NCBI RefSeq assembly: GCF_018350175.1
Contig: NC_058368.1
Location: 90,894,001 to 90,958,000 of the forward strand
Length of the DNA stretch: 64,000 nucleotides
Source of the DNA: Felis catus
Taxonomy: Eukaryota
Reading direction: 5' to 3'
In this document: positions 1-13,449 of the stretch, in pieces
Layout: each line of letters starts with the position of its first letter
How positions within the stretch are numbered: the first letter of the stretch is position 1
The notes under the pieces: model-generated
Told to the model about the DNA's origin: nothing
Database searches by the model: none
Seen by the model: only the letters and a program-made list of their open reading frames with translations
Program-made: the position numbers and the translations under genes

Positions 1-411
1 GGCCTGGAGATTTCTTTTTTAGAAGTTTTTAAACTAGGAATTCAATTTCTTTAATAGTTATAGGACTTTTCAGGCTATCTACTTCACCTTAGGGTGAGTT
101 TCCATAGCTTATGGTTTTTGAGGAAATCATGCCTTTCAATAAAATTTGAATTTATGTGCATAGAATTGTGCATAGTGATCCTTTACCTTTTTAATGCATG
201 TGAAATCTTTATTCTTTCAAAAAATTTTCTGTATTTTCTTTCTTTTCAAAAATGTCAGTCTTTAAAGAGATTTATCAAATTTATTCATCTTTACAAAGAA
301 CAAGCTCTCTTGGTTTCACTGATTTTTTCTATTATTTTTCTGTATTCAGGTTCATTGATTTTTACTCTGATTTTTATTATTTCTTTCCTTCCACTTGCTT
401 TGGGTTTATTT

Positions 412-413
<2 letters not shown>

Positions 414-458
<45 letters not shown>
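414..458. repeat. (TA)n microsatellite at a SINE tail
   Basis: About 22 perfect TA units. Confidence 0.97.
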
Positions 459-459
<1 letters not shown>

Positions 460-461
<2 letters not shown>

Positions 462-676
462 TTTTTAATGTTTATTTTTGAGCGAGAGAGAGATATAGAG
501 CATGAGTGGGTGAGGAGAAGAGAAAGAGAGAGAGAGAGACAGACAATCCTTAGCAGGCTCCAGGCTCTGAGCTGTCAGCACAGAGCCCCCCAATGCACAG
601 TTTGAACTCACGAACTGTGAGATCATGTCCCGAGCCTAAGTTGGACGCTCAACCAGCTAAGCTACCCAGGCACCCC
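460..676 (-). mobile_element. Can-SINE (SINEC_Fc-like)
   Basis: Antisense: T-rich tail, (GA)n, ...gctacccaggcacccc head. Confidence 0.93.
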
Positions 677-1266
677 TTTTTGCTCTTATATTTTTAACCA
701 TCAAAAATGTTTTTTAGTATTCCATTTTAATTTATCTGTGTGACTATAACTCTTTGTATGGTTGTGTTAGTGGTTGATCTAAGAGTTACAATAAACATGC
801 TTAACTTTTCACCATCTACTTAGAATCAGTATTTTTACAACTTTAAGTTGAATGTTGAAACCATAGCATCAGATTGAACCATTTACTTTACTCTTTTTCT
901 GTGTGGTTGTGTTTTATCCAGCTATATACAGTGAAAACCTTATTCTATAATGTTAAAACTTCTTACTTAAGAGAACACTCTATTATATTTTTCCAGATAT
1001 TTACTATTTCTGTTGTTCTTCCTTTATTTCTGATGTACAAAATTTCCTTCTAGTGTCATTCCCTTTATGTCTGAAGAACTTCCCTTAACTATTTTAGGGT
1101 GGGTCTGCTGGCAACTAATTCCATTAGTTTTCCTTAATCTGAGAATGTCTTTGTGTCTCCATAGTTCTTGATGGATATTTTTACTGGAAATAGAATTCTG
1201 GGTTGGTAGTTGTTTTCTTTCAGCATATTAAAAATGTTTTCCCACTTCCTTTTGATTCCATGAGAA

Positions 1267-1315
1267 TTTTTTTAATGTTTATTTTTGAGAGAGAGATAGA
1301 ACATGAGCAGGGGAG

Positions 1316-1351
<36 letters not shown>

Positions 1352-1479
1352 ATCCAAAGCAGGTTCCAGGCTCTGAGCTGTCAACACAAAGCCCGATGTG
1401 GGGCTCAAACTCAAGAGTTGTGAGATCATGACCTGAGCTGAAGTCGGACACTCAACCGACTGAGCCACCCAGGTGCCCC
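1267..1479 (-). mobile_element. Can-SINE (SINEC_Fc-like)
   Basis: ttttaatgtttatttttgagagag...ctcaaccgactgagccacccaggtgcccc. Confidence 0.95.
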
Positions 1480-2385
1480 TCGAAGAGAGTTTGAGTCATT
1501 TCCCTCACCCCCTCCTCCTATAAGTAATGCACTGTTTTCCTTCATATCCATTTAAAGACTTCCTTTTGTCTGTAGTTTCCAGTAGTTTGATTATAACATG
1601 TTTAGGAGTGTATTTCTTTGGATTTATCCTGTTTGAGGTTCACTATGGTGTTTAATCTGTAGATTTGTATCTTTCACCAAATTTCGGAAGTTTTTAGCCA
1701 TTATTTTTTCGATTATTTTTTTCATCACTGCATTCTTTCCCCTTTCCTTCTGGAACACCGGTGACATCAATGTTAGATCTTTTGGCATTTTCCCACAGGT
1801 CCCTAAGGCTCTTTTTATCATAAATTTTTTTTTTCTCTCTACTGTTTAAATTGGATAATTACTGTGGCCCTATCTTCAAGTTTACTGACTCATTCCTCTG
1901 TCATCTCCATTTTGCTATTGAGTCTACTCAGTGAGGTTTTTATTTTGGTTATTGTATGTAGTTTTTAGTTCTACAATTTCCATTTTGTTCTTTTTTTTGT
2001 ATCACCCATCTCTTACTGAGACTATCTGTCCATTTGTTGCAAGGGTTTTTCCCTTACATTATGGAGCCTTTTTATCATAGCTGCTTTAAAATCTTCATCA
2101 GATAATCCCAACATATGAGTTATCTCAGTATAGCTATCTGTTGGTTGTCTTTTACTACACACATTGAAATTTTTCTGACTCATCAGATGCCAAGTAATTT
2201 TAGACTGTATCCTGGACATCTTGATACTACACTATGAGACTTTAAGTCTCATAGTCTTATTTAAATTCTTTAAATGCTATAGTCTTATTTAAATTCTCTG
2301 GAGAAGGTTGGTATTTTTATTTATCAGATAATTGACACAGGTTCAAGCTGCGAGTTCCAGCCTGCCTTTTCTGAATTGTGGTTTA

Positions 2386-2608
2386 TTTTTTTTTAAGTTT
2401 ATTTATGTATTTTGAAGAGAAGAGAGAGAGAGAGAGAGAGCAAGTGCATGAGCAGGGGAGGGGCAGAGAGAGAGGGAGGGAAAGAGAATCCCAAGCAGGC
2501 TCCCCACTGCCAGCCTGCAGCCCGATGTGGAGCTCGAACTCACAAATTGTGAGTTCATGACCTGAGCCAAAACCAAGAGTTGGACACTTAACTGACTGAG
2601 CCACCCAG
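2386..2608 (-). mobile_element. Can-SINE lacking its first ~8 nt
   Basis: Typical body; diverged TSD tctgaattgtggttt (2370-2384) / tctggattatggttt (2609-2623). Confidence 0.93.
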
Positions 2609-3789
2609 TCTGGATTATGGTTTCAGTGTTGGATCTATTTTCAAAGCCTTTTCAGTGCTGTTTGGATCAGCCCCACGTGTGCACCACCCACTGGCCAGTG
2701 TGGGACCTGGGCATTGGTTTATCTCATAGTTTGGTTCCCCAAAGCTGTGCTATGTTGTTTAGGGTCAGATCCATGCATGCACAGCTCAGGAGATGAGCCC
2801 CCAGAGATTACGCACAACTTTAGGACACCACTTCTTTTAGCTCCTCTGTGTCCACTATATTTTCCAGTTTCTTGAGGCTCCCTAAGGCTCCTGGGCCAGA
2901 AAGTTGGAGCTCTCTGGACCTTGTTCTCTTGCGCACTTGCTGCAACTGTGAGAGGACGCAGAGGGGAAAGGGCAACAGGATTTTGTTGTTGGCTCTACCT
3001 TCCAGTGGCCGCAGCAGCTCCTCTGATCAGAGAGGAAGCCTCCCCTCCCTCAGAGTGTTATTAGGTGCCTGTGGACTGCCGAGGACTGGAGTGTGAGACA
3101 ATGGAGAAAAGAAAAAGGAAATAAACATTGGGGGATTTCCTCCATTCTCTGAGTGTTAGGAGATCCTTTGTTGTTAGTTGAACTACAACTAGAGGGTTTC
3201 TCTTAAGTTCTTTCTGTGTGGGCCCCAGTGCCGACTTCTGGGGGTGTGAATTGCCTCATGTCTTAGGCTGAGGGATACTGGAAGATTAAAAAAATAGTAA
3301 ATTCGCTGCTGGTGTGGTAGTATTGCAAATTCCGCATGTAATTCCAATTGGCCCGTTACTGTTTACTTTCCAGAATCCTCGAGTAGCTCCTCCAGGCATT
3401 CAGTCCATACTGGATAGCTGCATTCAGTGGGGGAGACCAGGCGAAGTGTGATCACTCCATCTCACCTGGAACTGGGTCCTCACTCCTAGGAGACCTTTCA
3501 CGTGTGGGGCAGTTTGTGATCTGAGGAGAGACTTGTATCCACAGGAACTCAGGCATAGCCTGGTCCCACCTGAACAAGGGCATTTTGTTGGGAGAGGGGA
3601 GGGAAGCTTTGTGCTGCCTCCTTGCCGGCCTTTGCTCTCATGCTTGCTGCCCTTAGAATTCTTTCAGCACATCCAGAGCAGATGAGATGGGAATCAGATC
3701 TCAGCAGCCCTGCCTAAGACCCTTTGGGGGCTTCCCACTACAGAGAACAGAAAGGGTGGGCTTCTGATCACAGGTGATGGGGCTCTACG

Positions 3790-4130
3790 CAACCTGTCTC
3801 ACCCACCTCTCTGACCTCATGTGCCCCAAACTGCCCACCCTTTGTTTTCCACAGTCCAGCCACATTGACCTTCTTTCCCTTCCTCAAATATGTCAGGTTC
3901 CTTCTGGCCTCAGGGCCTTTGCATTTGCTCTTCCCTCTGCCTGGAACCTGCTTCCCTAGATCTCTGAATAGCTGGCTCCTTCTTGTCATTCAGGCCTCAG
4001 CTCCAACATCACCTCATCTGAGAAGCTTTCCCTGCCCCCATTCCCACAACATCACCCTGCGCTATTGTCTTCATGGTCCTGTCACTGCCTCATATTTCCC
4101 TGTTTATATCCTGCTTTCTTGTAGGAGATG
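3790..4130 (+). mobile_element. LINE-2 3' fragment
   Basis: cagggcctttgcatttgctcttccctctgcctggaac...cacctcatctgagaagctttccctg, a typical L2 3' region. Confidence 0.75.
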
Positions 4131-5029
4131 GGCCCATGTGGTCTGCATTCAGCCCCAAGTCACATGTGTTGGCCATGTGCTCGCATGTGTGCGGACACAT
4201 CTCTATGGTGCCGCTGGCGAGGTGGGCTTGGGGAGCTGGGCCCCCTGGGCCTCAGGCCCTCAGAGAGTCTTCATGGTCCAAGAGGACCCCAGTAGGAGGC
4301 AGCTCAAGTTTCTCTGCTGAGAGTCTTGGTCCTCTCAGCTTGGGGTGCTCTGACATGACCACCCCATCGATTTTCATAAATGCGGTGGCATGAAAGGCAG
4401 ATATCCTGGCAGCTGAGTGCCTGCCAGGGGCTTTGCCTTCAGTTGCACTTGCATGGGCTTCTGTTTTGCTCCATGCTTCCCTTCCTGAAGCTGGTCGGAG
4501 GCTGGCTGAAGGACCATGCTGGGCCAGCCCTGGCTTCCCAGGGTCCTCACAGGAGCCCCTGAGCTAGGAACCCAGGCTCCCTTGGAAGGGTGCTCACAGG
4601 CTAGGTGTGCAGACCCAGCTTCCCTGGAGCTGTGAGAGGCTGCCCTTTCTCCTCCCTCTAGCACCCCGCACTGCGTCCAGCTCTCCACTGCCTCTCCCTT
4701 TTAAAGCCTCTGCTGGGTGAGAGGGCACTTCTAGGGGGCTGCAGGGCAGATGGGGTCCTGTCTTAATTTGTATTCCTTTCCCAGTGGGTGGGGTGGCTCC
4801 AGAATTTGGCATATTCAAACCCAATGAACCCACGAGGGAGACACTTTAAACCATTTCTATTCCTTGCTTACTTAGGCAGTGCCCTGGGGAAGGAGGTCTG
4901 TGCACAGCTTTGTGTTTGGGTGGCATCCATGAGCCATAGGGCAGCCCCCTCGTGGCTCCCTATCCCAGGGTGGGGTAGGGGAAGAGCTCAGCTTTGGGCA
5001 CAGCAGACCTGAGTGGGCCAGTCATGAAG

Positions 5030-5260
5030 CTATCTGACCCTGAAAGAGCCATGTAACCTCTCTGAGCCTCATTTTCACAATCTGTAAAATGGAATAAGGA
5101 TAGCTGAGCTAACGTTGCCTTCAGCATCGTATTTTTATCCCCGGACAACTCTGTCAGGTAGGTAATATCGTGCCATTTTACATGCAATAAAACTGACCGA
5201 AACAGGTCATCGAGCCTGGAAGTGACAGGGCAGGGATTTGGTCTAGAAGCCCCACAGAGG
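5030..5260. mobile_element. MIR fragments (two orientations)
   Basis: MIR core aacctctctgagcctcattttcacaatctgtaaaatggaataa, then antisense ccattttacatgcaataaaactga. Confidence 0.65.
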
Positions 5261-5938
5261 CCTCAGCTGGGCCTGATTCTGTCTTTCCCTCAGCCCGGTG
5301 GCACAGCCTGGTTGAGACTCAATGCAAGGCCCTCTGTTTTCTGGGATTTCTCCCTGGGGCAGCAGGGGCAGGTGAGACAACCCCCCCCCCCCGACTCCCT
5401 GAAACTGGGCCCAGGTCACAGTTGGGCGTTTTTGCAGCGGGGATCAGCCTGTTCTCCTTGGCCAGGGTGGGGAGTAGGGGTTTGCTGTGGTGAGGAGGTC
5501 TCAGAACAGCTGGTATGTGTTGGGGGCGGGGGGGGGGGGGGGGGCGGGGTTTAGTTCAGGGCTTTTGCTCTGTAGAGCCTCTCTGGCTTTTAGCATCTCT
5601 GTTCTGGCTCTGTTTAGAGGAAGGGATTTCTCCAGAGCCCAAGCAGTAACACTTTATCTGTCTGCTGGCTTGCTGTTCCCAGACTCTTTCTGAATTAAGT
5701 TTTATGTATGAGGACTTTTCAGTAATATTATTATGTTGATTTGGATCTCGGCTTTGAAGTGCATTTTTGAGTGTGCACATCATTCCCCCCAGAATCAGGG
5801 CCTCTTTTAAAAGGATTTATCCTAAGTTCGAGAAACATTTGCTTAAGGCTGCTGTACTAAAAAAAGAGCTTGTGTTCAGTGCCGGGAGGTCATAGTCAGG
5901 GGAAGAGGACAAAAGATGGGTCAAAAATGGCATTTGTA

Positions 5939-6090
5939 GGGCACCTGGATGGCTCAGTTGGTTAAGCGTCCGAATCTTGATTGCAGCTCAGGTCTTAATC
6001 TTGGGGTTGTGAGTTCAGGCCCTGCAATGGGCTCTATCCTGGGTGTGTGGTCTACTTAAAAAAAAAAAAAAAAGAAAAAGAAAAAAGAAA
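5939..6090 (+). mobile_element. Can-SINE, short type without (CT)n
   Basis: gggcacctggatggctcagttggttaagc head, poly-A; TSD aaaaatggcatt at 5923-5934 and 6091-6102. Confidence 0.92.
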
Positions 6091-8074
6091 AAAAATGGCA
6101 TTGACAAAGAACACCAGTGGAGTCTGTAACTGGACGCAATTATTCTTTCTTCCTTTTTTTTTTGTTGGTTTTCTATTATGTTCACAACTGAAAATTATCT
6201 TTTATGCCTACAAAACATATGCTCCTTGTGAACCAAACACACCAAACAGTGTAGAGAAGTATAAGGAAGAAAATGAAAAACCTGAAACCCTACCATTTTG
6301 GCATAGCCAGCATGGGAGGCAGAATGATGCCTGTGAAGATTCCACGTCCCGATCTGGGGCTTGTGGACATGCTCTGTTACATGAGAACAGGGAGCTAAGG
6401 CAAGTTTAAAAAGCTTTTGAGTGGTGGGTGTTGTTGGGTTGTTCCTTAGGTGTTAATTCCTAGTAAAACCCAAGTGTTTACAGACTTCAACACCTGTGGG
6501 TTTAAATCCAAGTTTCCTTCACCCATTCAGTGACACCCACTTCTAACTAACCCAAACCCAGGTTCCTGCAAGGACCTACTTCCCCTACCTCTACCCTCAC
6601 CTCCTCAAACATTTTGGGGACACCCCTGGGTTCTTTCTCAGTTCCAGGGAGCCTGTCTGCACCCTCCTGCCAGGTGTCTGGGCATCCAGTCTCCCAACCA
6701 GCACCCTGGGCTCCACAGAACTTTGGGCACTGTCCACAGCTGCCAGACTCCCAGAGGAAGGATGAGAGCCAGTCTCCATGGAGACTCGGCAAGGATGCCC
6801 TGGTCTACGCCAGCCATTCTGAGTTATGAGCATGGTGGATGACCTAGGTGTTCTGAGCCTTGGGGAATTTCTGATATTGCCTTTGTCTCTGGCTGTTTGC
6901 TTGGCTTTGTAAATGTTAGGGGGCTTTTGAAGGGAATGCCTGTTCTATGTTATAAGGCCACTGCCGTACTAGGGAACCTGTAGCCTCTGGTGCCATGGAA
7001 ACCAGAGGGGGCCAGACAGAAGCAGAGAGAGGATGGTGCGAAGGTCCCTAGTGGCCTGGGGGAGATGGGGCAGAGGCCATGGGTGCTGAGTGTGAGGGAC
7101 AGGAGATGTAGGACGGGAGATGCTGGGGAGGGTGGGTGTGAAGGGGGGAGGAGAGGTTCTGTTGGTAACTGGAGAGAGAAGCAGGGTCCTCTTGCTCAGA
7201 AATGGAGAGACAGACCCAGGTGTGTTGCTGGCCCTGGAGAGGAGGTGCCTGAGGACGCCTGGGGGAAGAGACAAGGGACTTGAGCAAGTCGGGCTAGAGC
7301 TGCAGTGTGGATTGGTTTGGCCTGGGCACTGGGCTCCTTCTCTGAGATTGAGGGGGTCATGCAATCAGGGTCTTCATCAGCTACGGAGTGGACAGTTGGC
7401 CGTTATGCCCCTGTGATGCCAGGACCTAAGTGGAACGGGGTTCCTCAGGGGCATCCTAAGGGACAGTGCAGGCTCTGAATTTTGGGGCAGGAGGTGTGAG
7501 GAGGGCACAGTCAGGATCACAGCAGGCTCTTTTGGGGGCTTTTGGTCAGAGAGCGTGGGCAGGGGAGGAACAGGTAGGGAGCACACCCCTTCTCTGCCCT
7601 GGGCCTCCAGAGAAGCAGCACCCAGTAGGGATCTAGGCTGCTCTGCTAGGCCAGGGGTGGGAGGCTGAGGGTGACAGATCAGGGCGGTCAGGCTGGGCTG
7701 GCCGGAAAGGCCGGGATCAATTTCTAGAAGTATTCCCACGTGCTCTCAGGTATAGGCTGCTATGTCCTTCCTCGCTTCATTCCTAAAACAACTTACACCC
7801 CTTTGCCTCCATCAGGAGCTCTGCTGTCAGCCTGAGGAGGCTGCAAACTTTGTGACTACGGCACATTCCCACCACGAATTGTCAGTATAACAGGGCTCTC
7901 TTTGAGTCACTTCCCACCTCTTGATCCAAATTCTCTTTTTACGATGTTAAAGACACCCCACCTTCCGTGAGTGCATTTTTCTTTGCCTATCGCTTGGCAT
8001 TTTTGCCCATCTTTGAAACAGCACACTGCTTGTTTTTATAAACTCCAACTGAACCTCATCATAAGGAAAAAAAA

Positions 8075-8226
8075 TTTTTTGTGACTATATGGGGTGATGG
8101 ATGTGAACTAAACTTATTGTGGTAATTATTTCACAGTGTAAGTGAATCAGGTCATTGTGCTGTCCATGTTAAACTTGCACAGCACTGAATATCACATGAT
8201 ATCTCAGTAAAACGGAGAAGAAAAAC
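8075..8226 (+). mobile_element. L1 3'-end fragment (L1MA/L1_Carn-like)
   Basis: gtgatggatgtgaactaaacttattgtggtaattatttcaca...atctcagtaaaac, an L1 3'UTR terminus. Confidence 0.8.
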
Positions 8227-11200
8227 CTCATACTGATCGATCCTTAGCCTCAAGGCTTACCCCATTGCCAGTTCTTAGTGGTGCGCATGGTTGTGATGTT
8301 GCCATTGTTTCTTGGCCTGCATCTCTGTGTATGACTTGTCCCTTCTCACCCCCCAGTGGGCCACCCTCACGGGGCACACAGGGGAGCTGGTCTTACCAGG
8401 CCCTGCACCCTGAGGACCCTGCCGCCCGGCCCCATCTCCACCCTCCCTGCCTTCTTGTCCTTCTTCATCCAGCCTGGATGTCAGAGCCCACCTTCATGCT
8501 CAGGCCACCCCAATTCCTGGCTTCTTTGATGAAATGCAGAGCCAAACCCTGTCCCTCAACCTTACCTTCCAGCCGGAGAAGTCCCCAGCCTAGCTAAAGA
8601 ATCTACCTTTAAATTTCTGACTGCAGGCATCAGGCTGGCGGTGGCCCCTCCTGGCAAGACAGCCCCTCTCTGGCCCCCACCTGCCCAGGCGCCGCTCCCC
8701 GCTTCTCCTGTAGCTTCCATGATGGCCATTCTCCCCCTCAGGATGGTCAGGTCCTGGTTGTTATTGCTCCTGAATGGTGGCCCCGTCAGTCCCTGGAGGT
8801 ACTGGAGGTTCCCAGCTCTCCCAGGAACCTTGCTTCTGTCCTCCACTTTTTCCTCTGCCCGCTTGTGTCTGACTGAGGTTCCCCCAGCCACGGGATGCAG
8901 TCTTTTGTCCCTTGTCTCAGTCCTCCCACACTCCCCCCTCACCATCATGGCATCGTATGTGGCACCTGTGGCTCCTGGCTTTCCTCTTCTCCCCACCTGC
9001 ACATGGCAGAGTCCTGGGGTTTGACCCCATCCTCCTCTTGCTGCACCGTCTCCTCTGGGCCATCGTGACCATCCTCCAGCATCTGATGGCTTGACCAGCC
9101 TTTCCCTGGGATCCGGTCCTGTCCACGTGGCTGCTTGGCCCACTCTGGGCTGTCTCTCGAGAGCAACAACTCTAAAATAGAAGTCTTGGCTCTTCCCTCC
9201 CAGGCCCTCTGTCCTCAGCCCCCAAATCAAACTAGAGCTAGGCCTCCGTCCTGCCTCCACCCCCTGGGCTTTCACCATCTTGGCAAAGACCACCCGCAGT
9301 GCAGGGGCTTCACTGGGAAGCTTGGCCTTGGTCTCGTTGCTTCTTCCCACCCCAGGCCTCAGCCGGCATCTTCCCTTCCTTTGGATCTCAGCAAAGATTT
9401 GCTCAATTCGTGATGAAAATATTATTTGTCTTCTCTTTTGCTGTCTAGGCTATGTTTTCTGCATTTGTTTCCTTTTGTAGTGACTTAGAAGATATGTATC
9501 CTATTTTTTTCTTGCTAGCCATTAACTTTCAAGTTTTAAAACCTTCCAAAACTTAAGTTTCTTTAAGACTCACCACCAGAAACCAGATGATAACCATGGA
9601 CACTTTCTGTTCAAGAGGACAGGAGCATCTCACTCCCAACCATATGCAAACCAAACTGATTTTATAGATTTTTTTAGAATATAGATTTGGGCTTCTTACA
9701 CTTAGCACTACTGGTTTTTTTATTTTTTTATTTTTTATGTTATTTTTTTTCAAATAACATACCTTCTGTGTGAAGAGTTGCCTTCGATTTTTGTATTAAG
9801 TTTCATATCGATATTCAGGGTGATTTAGACCTAACTGGTCCCAGGCCACTGTTTGCTGTGTTGCTTCTGACCTGAGCCTTCCCTGTCTGCGTGTCCTTTA
9901 TTCTTGTTCCTTCCCCAGCTGGTGGGGGCCTTTGCGGTGGTAAGGTACTCCTTATGTAGCCAGGACAGCGACCTTCTCTGCTGGGCATGATGTCCTCAGC
10001 AGGAGGGAGCTTGGCAGGCCTGTGGGCTATGTGCATGGTCTTCTGAACCATGACCTAGAAGCCTGCCTCGTCTCAGAAAGTGGCATCCTGTGTTGAAGGG
10101 TCCTTCCTTCTTCCTGGAGTGACCTCCTCCCAAGGTCTATAGTCTGCATACCCCTTTGTTCCCAGCATTGACCCATCGAGTTGTTGCAGTTGGAAGAGAT
10201 GTTTAGGGTGTGTGTGCAGAGGATGACCTTGATGGGCCGTTCCTAAATTCCTTCCAGAGCGTCCAGTGGTCCTACCCTGACTCTTTCCTCCCAGTGGGGA
10301 CCTCCTGCAGCAACAGTAGGAGAGACTCAGATGCCTGGCTCAGAGTGTTCTGGGTAGGCCTTGGATTCTATTTGCCTGAGTGTCATGGTTGCAGGGAGCA
10401 GGCTAACCTATATGCTTCAGGGCAGGAATTGGGCCGGATGTGGAGGTCCCATCTGGAACCCTGGTTTTGGAGCAGAAAGCAATGGACCGTAGCAGGAGCT
10501 GTCCAGGCCTGCCCCCTGCACTGTTCCCCTGGGAGGCTGTAGTGATGGGCTGACAGAAAAAGTCTCCATGCTGGATGTCTGCACGTGGACTTTCTTTTCT
10601 TCCTTCTTCAGACTACCTGGGTGGTTTTCCACATCTGCTGTGGGAGAGTTATCGTATTAGGTGTCTACAAACCCCACATTTCCTCAACTTTACAGGAACT
10701 GAGGGATTTGGGGGGATAATCTTGACATTTCCTGCCCACTCTAGAAGCTGGCCCCTCTCCATGTGGCCAGCAAGCCCTCCTCAGAAGCTGAGAGCTCTGT
10801 GTTGAGGTCACCTTGCAGATACAGTTGGGCTCAAGCAGTGCTCTAGGTAGGGGCAAGGCCAGGGCCTGGGACAGCCCTGCCGCTTCCCAAACCCTGCGGT
10901 TCTGAGGGTGCAGGGTGTCAGGGTCAGAGCGGTCAGACCTGTTTGGCACCCCTGGGCCAGCCTGGGCCCAGCACTTGCAGGTGTGGTCCTGCTGAGGTAG
11001 TTCTCAGAGCCTAGAAGCAGCTTCTAACTGGTCTAATTTCTGACCTGTAAACAAAGCCTGCAAGAATAAGAAGCCCCTCAAGTGTGAATCAGCTAATTAA
11101 CCTGATTTACTTAGAGGGGCACATTGTGCCCCAGCCACCTTTGTGAAGATTAGCACTTTTGAGCAAGTGCGAGTCTGTTGGGACAAAGCAACATAAAGTT

Positions 11201-13449
11201 GTGCCCCTTATTTTGGGAGAGCAGAGGGACACTGGGCCAGGCTGCCTTCCCACACCTAGCCCCCCACGTAAACAAGGAAGGAGGCTGTGGGTTAGCACTC
11301 ACTCTGAGCGTGCAAGCGAGAAGCCATTGGCCCTCATGGGTGATTCATGGTGGCTGGGATCGCAAGAAAGATGGCTCAGGGGACCTGTGGGCACAGCCGG
11401 CACACAGAGCTCCTGACTGCCTCCAGGAAGGCAGGGACAGAGGTCGAGCATCATCCGGCTTCTCTTTGATGGTGACCCAGCTTCTCTTTCGACAACAGTG
11501 ACCCACAGAAACTGATCCCGACTCCCTTAAGCAGAAGAGAAGTAAAAGCAAACCATGGGGGGGGGGGGCGGGCGCCTAGGGATGGAGTTTGGAAATGGGG
11601 TGGCTTGGAGGACCCTAGCCAGAGCCTCAGGAAACTTTGTGGGCAGTGGTCTGGGCTCTGGGATGGGGGGGGGAGGGGCTTCGGTGGCTACACTGTGGTT
11701 CTGTACATTCCAGGAAGAGTATGTTACCTTGGATGAACTGATCCTCACCCCTCCCCACACAGTCTTCTTATTAACAGTCCTTCTAGACTATTCCCAGAGA
11801 CATGGTTGTCCCTAGGGTGTGCCAGGGTTCCAGGCAAATATTTTTTGCAGGGCCCCTGTCTATATATAACAATTTGTTTAAAAATGTATTGCAAGATGCT
11901 TGTGCCCTTGTGGAGTACTGTGATATATTGATGCAGATTTAAAGGAATAGGGAAGAAGAGGTGCTAACCTGTTCACGTTCTGTCCCTTCAGTGCCTGCAA
12001 AAATCCTTCCTGGCGCATGCACACCATCTCTGTCTTCAGGTCCAGAAGCGGTATCTTTGTATTCTTGTCTAGTATGCTGGTCGTGGCTAGTTTCATGTTT
12101 GTATTTCCCACAGCAGGAAAACAGGATGGCCGTGCAGTTAATTACTCACAATGCGTGGCTCTCTGGAACCTGTCTGTATAGAGGCACAGTAGTTCTCTTG
12201 CTTCTGTGTTCCCGAATCCCACGTACTAACTTAGTGCTGCTTACAATGTATCTCCTGACCTTGCTTCATCCATCTGCCTGGGAATTCTGGCTTCTGTGAC
12301 TTCTAAGGCAATTACCGTCCTTGGGTGATGATGACCATCATGCAGATCTGACCCAGAGGATGCAGGAAATGTGAACCGTTGTTTGTTTCTGGTAATGTCA
12401 CATTTACCATTTGGAACTTTATAGTGGAAGTGAAGAACTACACATCTTCCAGCTGTGTCTTCCTTGAGTCCTTAGGCTGCACTCGTATAACGTGAGCATT
12501 CAGCATGGAGCACAGTCCTGCCTTAAGCACACCGTCACCAGCAGGCCCCATTTGTTCAAAACATGCCGTCCCTTTGCAGACCAGCCTGGAACAGAGGTGA
12601 CATCTAGCATCTCTTGGAGGCAGGAGAGGACATAGAGCAATATCTCTAAAAGCCTCAGAGTTGATGGGTGCAGCCACCCTGGAGGACTGCCCTTAGGTGG
12701 CCTGGAACCTTAGAGAGCATGTGGCCACCACCTGGGGCACACAAGGAAAAGGACACCTGCTGTTGTCTGCCCCAGCACTGGCTGCCATAAACCAGGGGTG
12801 GTGCCACAACTGGGGCATGGATGGAATGTGAGCTAGTGCACGAGCCCATATGGGTGGCCCAAGCTCACCACCAGATCTTGGGCATCAGAGCCCAGAGTCC
12901 TGAACTCATTCTGTGTCTGATGTGAGTGACAGTAACCAAAACAGAGGTGTCAGCACTGTTCTGGAGGCTCAGTCCCACACATGTCCATGAGCGAAATACC
13001 CCTTTGGCCAGTGGGAGTGGCTTGCTTGGTCAAGACCCTGAGACAACCCAGCAGGTATGGATCCTGGAGCTCCTGGGGCATTTGGTGGACCCCACGTGCC
13101 ATTTGAAGGGTTGGAGAGTGTCTGCAAGAGGGCCACAGGGCACATGTGGGTACGGGTCAGGTGTGGGCCTCTGCACAAGGGCACTGCTTTGGCCATACTG
13201 TTTTTCTTGGTGTTTCTGGAAGGCACTAGGCTCATTTCCTCCTCCAGGCTTTGCTTCATCCTCTGGAACTCATTGCTCCTGCAGGGTCTGCCCCTGAACC
13301 TGGGGATACAGCAGCCAAGCCTGGTGCCTCTGTTCCGGGGGCAGGGGGTGCCCGGCGGGGAGGGAGGTGGCCAGCACGTGCCCAACAAGCAACCAGTAAA
13401 TGATGAAGAATGTACCCAGAGGGTGCTGAAAGTGGCCTCAGTGCAGTTT

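Larger units (their letters stand above)
1..3478 (-). mobile_element. Old LINE-1 (L1M-type), 5' part: 5'UTR, ORF1 remnants and ORF2 fragment, interrupted by three SINEs
   Basis: Minus-strand ORF1-like peptides KIIEKIMAKNFRNLVKDTNLQI (1624-1821) and EITHMLGLSDEDFKAAMIK (2022-2219). T-rich antisense ORF2-like sequence at 1-410. L1 5'-end-like ccagttccaggtgagatggag near 3455-3475 on the minus strand. Confidence 0.8.

Noticed and set aside
94..605. Hydrophobic 'membrane protein' ORFs
   Set aside because: Translation of antisense L1, (TA)n and SINE sequence.
8562..9350. 262-aa minus-strand ORF (longest in the track)
   Set aside because: No recognisable domain; GC-rich, stop-poor sequence, possibly overlapping decayed L2. 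Likely a chance ORF.
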